From positions 1,798,001-1,862,000 of the forward strand of contig NC_089429.1 of NCBI RefSeq assembly GCF_026210795.1: 64,000 bases of DNA, read 5' to 3'. The notes beneath the pieces are model-generated. The model worked only from the letters and a program-made list of their open reading frames with translations. It was not told where the DNA came from and searched no databases. Positions 12,784 through 27,255 of this stretch are shown piece after piece. The stretch is from Rhizophagus irregularis. Taxonomy: Eukaryota. Position 1 is the first letter of the stretch; the number at the start of each line of letters is the position of its first letter. A program made the translations under genes and the position numbers.

Positions 12784-14039
12784 TGCGCTTCTTAGGAAGT
12801 CCCTTGTGTCAGGGCCATAGTACTAAAATATATCTGAAAATAAAGATATTGAGAGATGTTATTAAGAAATTTTATTATAAATCTTGATCTTGAAAGCAAT
12901 AACATCTTAAAAAAAATATATAAATAAATACTATTTAATTATTATAATAGAAATTACAGAAATTATTTTGAAAAACTACATTATACTGTACCATTGAAAA
13001 TAATTTTCGTTATATAATATTTGAAATATGTGTAATATTGGAAATTTGATTGTGAATATTATATTATTTTTTCTTACATTCTATTAAACAAATAATCACC
13101 TATGTTAATGTGATCCCAAAATTTTCATTTTCCATAGGCGCAGTGTGATGGAAGATATTACATGATCTCCTGCTATGCTTCAAACAATTATGACTAACAA
13201 CAAGTAACTCTGTAAATCAATGTGTAGAAAAATTATTGTATCAAGACTTTAAATACATAGATGGAAACAAATTACAATAAAATCTTTGAAACAATTAGAT
13301 AAACTCTGTGAACCTTTACAATACGCGTCTAAAAATATTTTGATTTGTATTATGACATAATTTTTTTTGTTTTCAATAATATAAAAATACAATTAAATGT
13401 TTTAAACTTTTTATTGAATTTGTATTATACGTTGATACAGTATATGATAGCTTATCTGATTACATATAGTACTCATTGAAGAAAAATTCATGATTTTATT
13501 TAATAATTAAAGATCACTTTTATAATTAACGAAAATTCTAACATAATTTTTGGTCACAAAAAATTTTGTGACTTGAATTTTAATTGAGTCAGAAATCAGT
13601 ATTAATAATTTTGATTCACACGTCCTGGTTGTCAGCTTTACCTGGTTCGAAGATACCACGGTATTAATTTTTTTTTTCATTATTAAATAAAGAATAAAAT
13701 AATAAAAAATTTAGATTAAACTAACTTATAGCTAGCACCAATTCTACTATCCGTTTCTATATGTCCAACCCTATTAAACAACCGTAAATGGAAAGTTCAG
13801 GCTAACTTTATGGCATTAACCTTACACGTAATAAAGCAGTAAGCTAAGATTCCGAATCGATAGACTCCACAAAATCCGAAAAATGGCAATACTAAGACAA
13901 GTCTCGGGTTATTGAACGCTGCATTCGAAGACACGTAAAAAATTGATAATTCAATTCTTTAAATTTTAGTGGACGTAAAACATGGAATAAAATATTTAAA
14001 CCTGATGATTTCAATAGAATAAATAAATCCTGTTTAACC

Positions 14040-14360
14040 AATTATCTGTTAATGACATTATATATTTATATCGTATTTAAAATTGGTTAAAAGAAAATTT
14101 TTAAATTGAATCCCGGAAATGATTATATTGATAATTTATTACAAGAATGTCAAATAAAATCTTTGCGCAAGTTTAATAGATTCCATATACAAATAATTTA
14201 AAAATCTAACAAAAAGCAGAAACCTTGAAATTTATACAGCCAACGGGCTGGATTGATAGAAAATTTATTGAATGGGATCTTAATATTAAAAGTTAAAAGA
14301 CTTGGAAATCATAATACTATCCTAAATTATTAGAAAATGAAGTTTTGGAGAAGTTTGAAC
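14040..14360 (+). pseudogene. Heavily decayed kinase N-terminal fragment related to the gene at 737
   Basis: Frameshifted fragments LKENFLN..GNDYIDNLLQECQIK, IPY, EIYTA, WID, EWD, LKRLGNH parallel exon 1 of the first kinase. Confidence 0.55.
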
Positions 14361-17300
14361 ATTATTAATTGAAATATTATAATAAAGTATCTTTTAAAGG
14401 CTAAAGCACATTAAGTAATTAACTATGGTAAACTTAGACTCAATGTCAATGTAAATTAAATTCAACTTAATACAAAGTATCTACAAGTTAGACGTAAATA
14501 TCACGTGATTAGAGCCCAGAGTTGGTTGGTGTTGAATTGGTCTTGTTCACGAACCGATCCGGATCAAACCAATTTATATGATTTTTCTATTCAACAAAAA
14601 ATTACCAAATTTTGTTGTTCATCTACATTATTGCATTATAATTTTTCTCGTAAATTCATTTTTTTTATTAAAAAAAAAAAAATTTGAATTTAAATAAATT
14701 ATTTAGCTAAGATATTTCGTACCTAATATTTTTCTCCGATTGATTACTAAATCATAAAAATAACAACGAAAATTAAAAAGAAAAAATCATTCTTTTTTTT
14801 TGTAACCAATCAACAACTTTACCAAACTAATGAACTAAATATCCTGTCCTAACCCTAATACAATAATAACGCCACGCACTGACTCTAATCCTAACACAAT
14901 ATTACTAACCTTAATGCATATTATCCTTAACGATATTAACGTACGAACTGGCTGGAGTTAACGTTAGCGCCATCACGTGCAAATGTATGACCCCTATATT
15001 CTGGTAAGATGTACGTATACGTTAAGGACGCCAATTATCATGTACTTCATATTAATAATAAGATAAACAATTTCTTTATCATCTTTACATTCTTTTCAGG
15101 ACAATTTCGTGAATGATATGATTTACAAATAGAGCATTGTTTCTTATCCCTTTTTCTTTTTGTATCCTAAGCTTCTTCCTAAACATTTTCATTTCAGATT
15201 CATTGTCAATATCAGAATTCATTATCATTATCATCATATTATGGTATAGGAGAAAATCCTGGATATCGTTCATCTAGATAAATATGCTAATAAATTTATT
15301 TTAACAACTTAAATCAAGAAATTTTATAGGAAAAAAACAGCTAATAACATAAATGATTTAAGGGAAAGAACATTTATGAACGCGAAATTCAATATAAATG
15401 GATGGTATCCGATCTCGACAATCCAAAATCTCGGCAATCAAAATTCCGACAATCCAAAACCTGACAAGTCATTATATCGTTCAAATGATTTTCAACAAAG
15501 CGATCAAAAGTTGGCAAGAAATTAAGTGGCATCATCTTCATCGCCTTGGAAACTCTTTTGATCTAATCTATACTTGCAACAATTTTTATATTTCAAAAGT
15601 GGAATGGGTTTTAAGAGCCTTTGAAAGTTCATTAAGTGTATTTATTTCATTAGGAATTGATATCGGAGAATCAATATTTAATTTACATAATTTCAAAATA
15701 TCTCTTTCTTGTCTAATATTATTAATTAAAGAACTAGCTTTACCCATTCTTCAGGCGACGATCTCATTATACCGTATCTTGTTAATCAACTACTTTAATT
15801 CGTGATCCGTGAGTCAATTGCAAAAAAAATTCATATTTAATTTCTGCAAATATATATCAATCATTAGTAATTTTTTTCTGATACCCAATTTTCATTCCTT
15901 AAATAATGAAAACTAATATATTTTAATACATATTATTTATCCCAAAGTTTCAAATGGTTTGTTTTTAAAACAGTTTTTTCGCATAACTTTTAATTTATTT
16001 TGACGCCACGCCAGATTCCTAAAGCTGACTCATGAGATCGCGAATTAACGTTAAATTCGCAGAAATTGTTAAAAGATAATTTATATGTATTAATATAGAT
16101 AATGATTCTATGGACTTCTTGCAAATTAGATTTAAAATTCTAAAATAAACATTTTTATGATTGTAAACCAAAGAAGCCAATAATGTTAAGAGATTCGCCT
16201 CGATGGTCTGCCAATATTGAAGTTATTAAACAAAGAGCAATGAAAGGTACTTAGATCTAGCACTATAGTAATCATAGATGATATTTTTAAATTTTTACTT
16301 ATTAAAAGTTACTATATAGTATTTATTTTTAATATATTTATTCACCAATACTTAATTCCAAAAGAAATTTATAAAACGTTGGCGTAAGGTATAGTTAAAT
16401 TAAGATGGTGTTATAATTTGGTACATAGTATGCTCTTATGCAATATTTTAATTTGTAGGATGAAAAATGGAATTCATTAAACAAAAATATTAATTATCCT
16501 CTAAATTATAATATTTAAAAAAAACATTTTATTTGTATAAAGAAATATATTATGAAAAGCTTAGTGAATTTAGATCTTTCTCTTGAAAGACGAAGAAGAT
16601 TAATTTATGATAATAGTTATGATTTTGCAAATAATGTTGGATTTATTTATTAATAAAAATTTACTTTATAATTCTCCTATAAAGAGATATTATATACGAC
16701 AAACAGGGCGGGCATCTCTATTTCTTAATTAAGAATATGAAATTTTTTTCAAAAGGAGTGCAACATTTAACTAAAAAGATAATATAAATTAATATCTTTA
16801 CTTCTTTTTATAAAATTTGGATTTATTTAATTTATTTAGTATTTTTTAATTCGTAATCTATGAATCAACTGTAAAGAATTTACAGAAAATGGGATCAGGA
16901 AAAACAACCTATCTATAACTACACCTAGTACACTGTGTATAACCTATTAGCCTATTATCCACTATAATTAGAATTATTATTAACTGGCAAACAGTATGTA
17001 CTATCGGAATAATAGTTCTTGACAATTATGACATGAATACTCATCATTTTATTTACATTTTATACCAAGAACCAGGTGATGGAGGAATAGATTTGTTTGG
17101 TGGTCTTTTAGGAACTATTTATTTTACTTTTAAGCGAATAATAAATCGTATTCGCCATGTATATACCCGTTATTTGTGATCAGGAATTCTTTTTTGTATT
17201 TTTTCTTTATCTTGTTTATTTTTATTTTTCTTATATGGACGGGGTATACAAAGAAAATAGATATTAATTCTACCCAAAGAAAAAGACTATACTAAATATA

Positions 17301-19200
17301 TAAGTTACCACCTAACCTCCAGGCGAATTAGAGAGTCGCCTCGTTCGCTATTTACAAAAGAAATTAAATTTTTATTCATGTAGAATAATTACTATTAAAA
17401 AGTCACATTCGAAGAATGAGATTACTATTTACTACTGGAGCGAGAAAAATTTTGTGATCGAAACTTTTATGTAATTGTGCTCCTATTTTTAAATGGTTTG
17501 TCATAAAAAATTCTTATAATTTAACTATTTATACTGGAGTTCTAAAATGAATGGCAAATGTCTGGCAATTTACTTAGTATTTGCTATGTAATTGCTATAC
17601 CTATAAATCACCAGTTTAACACTCAAACTTCTATAAAAATGTTAATATTATGACTTCAAATTATCATCTTTAACTCATCTACATCATTTATTTCATTTAA
17701 TAAATGAAAAAAATAGTGCAATTACGGAAGTCATATTATTAGTTTATAGAATTAAATAACAGGGAACTAAAGGTAGTGGAGTACAGGGACAAAAAGAAAA
17801 AATGAAGTGGAGTCTGTGACAGTGTAAATCTAAAACACAAACAAACAACATTGTACTTATTTTATCACAAGTTTTCTTTTTTTTTAATTAAATCTAAGAG
17901 TGTGCAAATAAATATTTTTTGAATAATAAATAGTTAAAATTTAATAGTCATTTATTGTAAATACTAAAAATAAGATTTATTTAAATTAAAGCTAATAACT
18001 AAAAAATCTTACAACATACCAATCCTTACTGCAAAGTAATAGTTAAAGAATGGAATCTAAAAATAATAATATATAGTAAAATAGGTTAGAAGACTCGAGT
18101 ACTCTAAGTAAGCTTTGTAAAAAAGACAGATTCAAGCCCCCATGCCTACTATCAACTGACATTAACGATATATCGTGAGTGATCAAACTCGTGCAGAGGT
18201 ACTGTCACATTAATAATAAGACATAAGACCCACCACCAAAGGGAAGGGCCCCACATACAGAAGTCTGCGACATAGCTTGAGATATTATACAGTATTTTTC
18301 TCATTTAAGGTAACCAGACTACTAGAAGAGGAGGATAACCGAAGCACTCTAGGTGCACAAATCCCTTATACATCCCAGCTTAGTCATTTCCACTTACCGG
18401 AATAATAAATATTCAAGTTTGATGTTCATTTTGAACTTTTCTCTTCAAGACTTTGACTAAAAGTTGCTTAGGAGTGAGGCTCATATTTTTTGATATTATT
18501 TGTTTCTAAATAGAGAGTTAATATCTTGACTAGCAGCTGAAAGACTTAAAATGTTTTTACGTTTGTAATAAAAAAAAAAAAAGTTTATGCGTTATAGTAC
18601 ATATCTAAAGTTTAAGAAAAATAAGGAATGTTCATAATAAAAAAAAAAGTTTACGCGTTATAATAAATATTTAAAGTTTAAAAAATTACAAGTATTGAAG
18701 CGTGGGAAAAAGGATTTTTAAATATAAGTATTAAAGTTGTTGCAGTTGAGTTATTATTAGTAAAACTAATGGTTGTGATCAGATTTGAGGTTCCGATGAT
18801 TATTTGCATGAGTCATTTGATATATGTATCTATGTTGACTGATTATATTTACTTCGATTTTTCGATAATCATTATTTTTTAATCTATTTTTTTCATCAAA
18901 TTATTATCTAAGATAGTGTCAACACACACGCCTTAATATAGAATTTAAATAAGTTAAGAACAACTGACAATTTGATTGCTGCGTCTTACCTTTTACCATC
19001 ATATTTAACGATAAAAGGTGAAATAAAGTGATAAATTTTTTTATTATACTTATTATTATATAGAAAAAACTTTTAAAATGAATTCTCTAATTATACAAGC
19101 TTGCTAATTATGTTATAAATGGAAATAAAAAAAAAATTTTTTTATTAGAAATGTAAATATTATAATAATTAAAATTTTTTTTTTTTGATATTATAATTAC

Positions 19201-19420
19201 CTCACAAACAATCGCTTTAATTGTAGCATCATTTAAATTATAAAAAGATTTAAAGGCACAACATTTATGAGAATCCTTCCAATCTGCACGATAAACTTTT
19301 CTGAAGCCTCCAGAGCCAATTTCTTGAAGATTATAAAATTGGTCAAATTCATTAAATTTAATAAGTTTTATAGAAATTGCTTCTTCTATCTAATCACACT
19401 CATTTGAATTATTAATAAGT
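19201..19420 (-). pseudogene. Orphan first exon of a TKL-like kinase
   Basis: Minus-strand translation NECD*IEEAISIKLIKFNEFDQFYNLQEIGSGGFRKVYRADWKDSHKCCAFKSFYNLNDATIKAIVCE then a GT donor. Gly-rich loop present, one in-frame TAG, no downstream exons seen. Confidence 0.8.
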
Positions 19421-22349
19421 TCAGTGTTATTAGGTGCAGGAAAATTTTTACTGTGGAAATTAATTTTACGGTTTTATAAAGGTAGAATTTAAAAAAGAAA
19501 ATACAAATATTTTTACTATTTATAGATAGGATAGTATCACATGTCGAAAGTCCGCACGAAATTTGAGGAAAATAGTAATTCCTGGATAAATTTGGTAAAT
19601 GGAAAGTTTCACAAAATTAGAATTTTTTTTTAAAAAAATTAAATATAATATCTAGGTCTTTAGCAGATCAGAAAATTAAGATGGATGTTTATTTTAAATT
19701 ATCCGTAAATTATTACTTCCTCATTTTAAAGACAAAGATTTAGTAACTTTAGTCATTTTAACAGTATCTTTAAACGCTTACATAAATACAAAAAATTGTT
19801 ATTATTTCCAATAAATTATTAAATCTGTTTTCTGTTCCTAAATTTAAATTGAACATAATCTTAATTGAAATGTCATTTATCGATTTCTTGTATATAAAAT
19901 TCATTTAAAATATTTTTCATTGACAAATTTTGGTTCAATCATATTTCGGAACATGTTTAGATTCTCAATTTTTTGAATAATCGAAATGGAGATAAATAAT
20001 TTAACATTGTATATTTTTTTACTTGAGCATGCATTTTAACGTCTTGTATGATTGCAGTGAAATAATAAAATTTTTGACGAGATTATTTTACAAAATAATA
20101 TCCGTAATAGTACGTCATATAGGTTGTGCTGTTCTTTTCCAGCATCACTGATCATCATTCACGTTATCCAGGTAATTATTTTCGGTAACTGCTTTTTTTG
20201 TTTATTGTATTTACACAACACTAAAAAATCACAAAACTATACGAATAACAGAATGTACTGGGAATAATATTGTAGCTTTGTTTTATTATTACTAATACAA
20301 AAATGACAAACAATTATCTAACTGTAACGTAAAAATTTAAAAATAAAATATTGAGTTATTGGAGTAGTAATTCTAATATTAGAATGATTTACCGTAATTA
20401 TAATTGTTCGTAATACCATCTTTCATTTTTTCCAACAAATTGAAATTTGGCCGAATTTTCTTTAACCATAGATAACCTTTTGGTTTATTGCGTGATTCTT
20501 CTAACACCTTTGTCTTTAAATATAACAGTAAATTAAAAAATTAAAATTATTAATAAATGATCAAATAAATAGAATTTGAAGATACCTTATTTATTTCGTG
20601 CAAATAAGCTAAATCAGTTTCATAAATACGTCGTTCTACGTCGTCATCAAATTGAATCCTCCCAATAACATGTAAATACTTCAATAATTTTTTCATCATA
20701 TTTATATTTTATAAATAATACAATCCATTATCCGCAGCGGAAAGTACATTATAGCTGTAACTTAAATATGGAATAAAAAATTTCTCTGCAGTATTTCAGT
20801 GCATGACCAAAATCATCTTTTAATAGATTAATAATAAATTAAATCAAATTATGTGTTAAAATTCTTTTGAAAATCAAAAAAAAAAGAGGAAACCATTGAA
20901 TTTGAGTTAATAACGATTAGAGTTTTTGAAGGTATGTTTTTCTTCAGCTACCATAGGATATATTTTCTAATTACAATTGGGATACGTCTTTTGTGGTGCT
21001 AATATAGTGTACTTACAGTAAATCGTAGGATATCAGCAAAGTAGTAATGGAATCGACATTAGTGATATTAGAAAATCAACTGGATATTTAAGAATAACTG
21101 GGAAAATAAATCTATTTTAGAAAAATTCTTCGCCTTTGCGTGGTTTCTGAATATTCATTTGGTGAAGCCTGGCCTGACCTGCTCAATGATAAATCTTAAA
21201 ATTTGATGCTTGTTTCTTAGAAGAATTGTAATTTATTTACTTAAATATTACTCACGCATAATTTTTTAAAAAACTGATATTATATCGCCATATTATTTGC
21301 AATAATGTTCAGAAAATTCGGCCAACTTAAATCAATGATTCTTATATATTTTAGTATTTTTATTAAAGTTTTTAAGAGCTAAATAGTAAAATAGAGGACC
21401 CAAATATAAATAGTGATAAGTGAAGTGGATAGATAAGCGGTGTAACAAAACAAAATAAATAAAAGAACGAATTATCAACATTTATCCAACTTTTAATGTG
21501 TATATTTATGATTTAAAAATGACCCAAATCTTCCTTATTTTATGTCAATAAGATTTTCATTATACTATGCCATAAACATTCCATTTTTATGTGACTAGCT
21601 TGATAAAACTTTATCCAAGAGAGTGATTTTAATCTATTTATTATATCCGTACTTTTAAAATCAGATTTTATATTGCATGATGACGTGTAATATACTAAAT
21701 TAATTTTTTTATTTTACAAAAAAATTGTTTTATAAAGATATAAATTGTTATTAAAAATTTTGTCTTTTTTTTTGTAATATTTAATTAAAATAAGAATCAA
21801 CTAAAAATGTTCAATTTCCCTCACAAAATTATATTCTTTTTTTTTTATTCAATGTTTTATTTTTATGAGCATTTGCAAAATATTGAATCTATAATTCTAT
21901 AATCAAATTTATACAAGCAATAATAATTTATAATCCAGATAAATATCATTCTAATTAATCTTTTCACTATATTCCACACTTTATTGTGAAAGAATATACT
22001 CTATATCATCATTTTATTCATTTAATAAGTCTTTACGATTTGACTTTATTGCTCAATCACAAACTGATTTTGTTCATTTATAGTAAAAAAATTTTATAAT
22101 TACTAATTTGTTATTTTTCACTTTCATTTTCAATTGAAGCTCCTATAAAAAATTAAAAATTTAAAAGTTTTAACAATTTTTTTTTAATTTAAAAGAAAGT
22201 TTTTATTAGAAATAACATACTATGTAAAATCAATAACATCAACTGAAATTTGATTTATACTAAAATATATTTTATAATGTGGCTTATAAAAAAATTCTTA
22301 TGATGACGTCATTATACATACTGTGCGCGAAATAATTGCGGTACTGCGG

Positions 22350-22500
22350 TACTACGGCTAGATTTTGGAAGATCTTTTGTAAATGAATCATGTAATCGAG
22401 AAGTATTACAAGCTTGTGGATGAATAGATGATTGTTCATTTTCAACAGCTGGAAGGATGTGATTTGAATCCTGGTTATAGGGAACAAGAATATTATAGAA
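22350..22500 (-). pseudogene. Possible kinase C-terminal tail relic
   Basis: Translation ...ENEQSSIHPQACNTSRLHDSFTKDL resembles the HPQA.YTSRL tail motif I recall from Glomeromycotina kinases. Short and isolated. Confidence 0.4.
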
Positions 22501-24514
22501 TTAAATGAAAAATTTTCAGCTATATTATATAAAACGGAAATTTGGGTATAAAAATAAATGATTATACATATTTAAATCTAACGCTAATGCGAGTTCTGTT
22601 CTTCAAAGTTCAAAGTTAAAGATAATGATCTTTGTTTTTTATCAAAATATGATAATTGCGGATACTATTTCATCTTTTTGGCGAACATACAATCTATAAT
22701 ATAAATCACAGATGTAGCTGATCTTGACATGATATCTCAGTTGTTTCATGTAATATGTCGATATCTACTAATTTTTTCAATTAAATTGTTCATTTTATTA
22801 ACATGAAAAAATTATAATATAAAAAACAGTCTCATTATTAAAATACAGTATGATTTTATTAATGAAGTTCATCATTTATTGATTTTTTTAGTTGTTGCTA
22901 TGTTAATCTTACATTTCTGAAGAAATTTTGATAAAGCTATAAAGCTATAACAATTTACAACAACGTATATTTGTTTAGTTTGGCTATACCTGTGATAATA
23001 AAAAAGTTTGACTCACATGGTTGGCCACATCAGTAAAAATTTATAGCCGATCATCAATTAATCCATGTGATATTGCCCACATACTATAATACCTATAATA
23101 TTATTATTGTCTGGGCTATTAAAAAATAATCAATATCCGATATTAAATAATTTACAGTATATAGTTTATCCATTTAACTGATGCTATAAGCTATGTCACG
23201 GTCAAATAATATATTCCCAAGTATGTAACACTTATTATGATACCTCTATTATCTGTAATGTATAAATCTGTGTCATTATATATAATTGCTGGAAAAGCTT
23301 ATGCGGTGATAATTATATCGCTCAAAATTACTTGCAGCTAAATGTCCAAAGCAAAAATATAGTAAATATAGCAATATCTATCCTTTACCAATATTAATTT
23401 ACTTTAAATTTTATTATTTTTGATTATGGTATTTTAGAAAAAACTTGATAATTTTTTTTTTAATTAACTGTTAAGATTCATATTACAGTACAAGTTTCAG
23501 ATCAATTAGCTTATGAATCAATTGATGTGACAAATGTGACTCATCTTTATAAATATAAATCTACAATACTAATATGCTGATATGCTGATTTTTTACTGCA
23601 AAATATTATATAGGTTTACATTATATAAAGCTTATGTATAAGTGAATACATCAGTGCTACTGATTTATAGGGGGTAAATCATATTGTAACAAATGTGACT
23701 CATACATGATAATCTTTATTTTTTTTATGAGCTATCAAATGTTTTTACAAGTATATATACCCTCACTTCCTCAAGAAAAAATTCAAATTTCAAATATTAT
23801 TTTTCAAACTTTCAAATATTATTTTTCAAATCTCAAATATTATTTTTCTCTCAAATATTAATCTTCTATATCAACTGAAAATGTCTTATCAATTGTGTGC
23901 AAATATTATCTCTACTGTTTTCAATGAAATACCAATCAACAAATGCTATAATCTTCCTCAACAAATTGAAACTCCTCAACAAATTGAAATTCTTCAACAT
24001 CCATCATTATTTCAACATCTACCATTACTTCCATTACTTTTTTACATTCTTTTTATAATCCTTCTCATAAATACCAATCTCCTCAATCATATAATTGTTT
24101 TGTTTTTTATTTCATTGAAATACATAATTGCTATACTCTTTTTCATTCTCAAACATCTCCCTTCTCTTCCTTCATATCTTTATAATTTATTTTACTCTTT
24201 TAAAAATCTTTTGCTATATATATTATTATCATTTACTCTTTATATATTATCTACCTTATCATCAATTCTTCTTCATCTTCTTTATTTGCTTAATTGCATA
24301 ATTTATATTCTCCACTTTTTTTATTCTTTCCTTTATAAATTAACCTATTTATTAAATAATATTATCCTTTTAATTTCCCAATAGCTTAGTTACTATCTTT
24401 TTCTTTTCTTTTTTTCTTTCTCAATAATCTTATATTACGTAGCTAGGTCCATTGCTTACCAAATATAGCATGGAGACGTAATCTTTACCCTTTGGTCAAC
24501 TCGGGAATACTTGG

Positions 24515-24750
24515 CCATTCTTAGATAGATAATTTTTATAAGGGGATCGTTTGCATCGCCCATGAAGCATTGCACAGCGCTGATTGGTGTCAGAGAGATC
24601 CTTTGTCTTATAAAAATTTACCCTTTTTTGATCATTTGACCATTCTTAGATAGATAAATTTTACAATGCATCGCCCTTTTTGCACTATGCTAATTGGTGT
24701 CAGAGAGATCCTTTGTCTTGTAAAATTTACCTTTCTTGATCATTTGATCT
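24515..24750. repeat. Imperfect tandem duplication (~110-125 bp, 2 copies)
   Basis: ccattcttagatagataa...gcatcgccc...attggtgtcagagagatcctttgtctt...gatcatttga occurs twice in succession. Confidence 0.8.
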
Positions 24751-25944
24751 ATCTCATATGATTTCATTCTTCACATGTGATACCCTTTATTTCATTCCTT
24801 TGTTGAGTTCTTTCCTTAATAACTTATTAACTCAACATTATCCATCACCGTTGGTTCCACAATTTTTGTGTCCAAGTTCAATTCTTGGAGGTGATTTTCA
24901 TTTTCTTACTAATTAGTCTTTTTTTCAGTTTTCCATTGATGTGCGTGATATTTTAATAATGTTTGATGGGTGCAACAAAAACATGGGGGTCAAAAAATTG
25001 TAAGCTTTCTCTCTGGCGGTCACAACCAAAATGCCTTTGAAATGAATAACATTTCGCCAAAGGAAGCTGTTGAAGTCATAAAAGAGTATCGCGTGGACGG
25101 GAAAATAAAGTACATACAAAACAAAGTGACCGATGATACATCAGGTCTAAAAGAGGTAAACACTTTGAATAACTTATTTGATTTAAAAATGTAAAAAAAA
25201 TGGTAGATTTTTAGATAAACATAATTTTTTTAAAAAAAAAACGCAGCACAAAGATGTGATGCTACGATCGACAATGATCAACAAAATACGATTTAATAAT
25301 ATCGTAAACATTGGGAACTGAGTAAAAAAAATTATTTGAAAAATGAAATTTATATTTCAAATCTTTTGCGTTTAATATATTCTTAACTATTTAAAAACAA
25401 ATAATTTACTTCATTCTTTAATATAGTTGCTTATACGCGATTAAATGGAATTGAGTTTTAATTGAGAACATATTTTCTTAGCTATTAATATTTTACAAAA
25501 CGCATAACGATAAGAAATATATAATTTATTAAATCAGAAGATTAACAATTGTTTGCCATTATTTACTTTTTATAATAAAAAACTGATTTAGCATAACTAA
25601 TTTAAAAAATCAACTCTTTATTAGTTACATGGCGCAATATATGCGAGAGTAGTTGACATATCCTTATACTAACTTTTTTTCGACTAGAAAATTTAGCCTC
25701 TTTCAATTAGTTAGATTTTCGAGAAAAATTGAATTAATTATGCCATAGCATATTATGATGAATTGTAATTGTTCAAAAAAGAATTTTCTTTATCTATTAT
25801 TTCTATGCATTGGAAGTTAAATAAATAATACGCGTATTATAATATGTGTCAAATTAACTTCTTTTGTATTTATAAGTATTGTTTTACGCCAATAAATGAA
25901 CAGTATATATAGAGATTCTCTCCCCACATTTTTGCTCTTAAACT

Positions 25945-26633
25945 ATGATAAAAAAAACAAAAGAATCTTCAAGTATAGTAAGAATCAAGAAATTACAATC
26001 TTCTGTGCGAGATCAATCCAAATAATTAAATTTGCAAGAATTATTATCTCCTTCAAATGCAACAAGATCGAAAAGCATACCAAGACCTCAAAATCCATGG
26101 GTTCTATATCGAAAAAATATTTCAAAGGGATTAATAGGATTAAATATGTCAACTGGTGAAATTTCCGGTATTGCATCTAATTTTTGGAATGAAATACCTG
26201 AACGTGAATCGCAATTTTGGACTGAATTGTCTCATATCACTAAGGAAATTCATTCAATAGAATATCCTAATTATAAATATTCTCCTGTTAAATCTCATAA
26301 TCAAAATAAAAGTTCAAAAGAAGTCATTTCGCAAAATACTAATTTAGATACTTCGGTGTTGAAAGATTCTTCAGAAATTGTGTCACATACTACTTCGGAA
26401 ATTGATATAGATATGTCGGAAGTTGATATCGATATGGTACAGATCTTTTTCAAAGTGATTTTTTGGATGTTGATATGAATCCCTCCTTATTTATAGATCA
26501 ATCCTTGACAGATTCATCGTATACAGATCCATTCTTAATAGATCCATCATTAATAGACCCATCCTTCTCTTTTATCGATCCTTCTTTGATGGATTATTCC
26601 TTAGAATTTACTCAAGATAATTATAATTTGTAA
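25945..26633 (+). pseudogene. MATA-type HMG-box transcription factor gene, apparently disrupted
   Basis: HMG box IPRPQNPWVLYRK...GEISGIASNFWNE...FWTELS...IHSIEYPNYKYSP. ATG at 25945 is in frame but followed by TAA at 26023-26025. An acidic IDPS-repeat tail to TAA 26631-26633 lies beyond the ORF stop and needs a frameshift or an intron from ~26437. Confidence 0.8.
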
Positions 26634-27255
26634 TAAGTTGTCAAACGTGGTTTTATTTTTTATATGTTGTTCATTAAAACAAAGCACAAAATTGTTACAT
26701 CTAGGCATAAAAAAATTTTGTTTTAGTAAACCTATAGAATTAGAAAATAGTAGTACAGAAAATTGTTAATTACTTGTTAATTAATTTATATTAATTAATA
26801 ATTAGTATGTGGCGTAGATTGATGTGATGTGACTCTACCATCGAAAATTAGGCTAAATATTTATCTATAGAGATTGGGCTGAGGAAGTAAATAATACGCG
26901 TGTTATTTACGCGTTAATTATTTTCTTAGCTTTTAGTAAAAATTTACGCCGTATAAACTTATCATGATTACGATTATGAATAGAACATATACCAATTATT
27001 CATGGTGTCTATTTCATAGGTATAAAGAATGTCATGATTACCATTAATTTGTTAAATTGTTAGTGAAAACTGCAAATCAATTATACATCCAGTATACAAT
27101 TATACGATCATTTTTTGATTTGTTGTTCCGATATGATCCGATCAAGTGGTGATCATGTACAAATATATAAAAGACTGATCAACACATAAATTAATCATTT
27201 GGCGGGACTTTTAATTTCGGAAACTCCTTTCTCTTTTTTCTTTTCTCTTAACATA

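Noticed and set aside
15085..15805. ORFs at 15085-15273 and 15398-15805 (also the exon-like fragments at 20400-20800 and ORF 47923-48204)
   Set aside because: Possibly decayed genes, but I could not assign a family or a consistent structure.
23881..24384. 167-aa hydrophobic ORF
   Set aside because: Low-complexity T/C-rich sequence giving L/F/I/Y runs. No recognisable domain, so it cannot be supported as a gene.
26032..26478. Mating-type locus call for the HMG gene
   Set aside because: The family is highly multi-copy in this lineage, this copy is disrupted, and no conserved MAT-flanking genes are present.
27199..27255. 19-aa N-terminal extension of F-box-like paralogue 1
   Set aside because: It uses a TTG start through the pyrimidine-rich leader. 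All paralogues begin at M(A/G)xSK.
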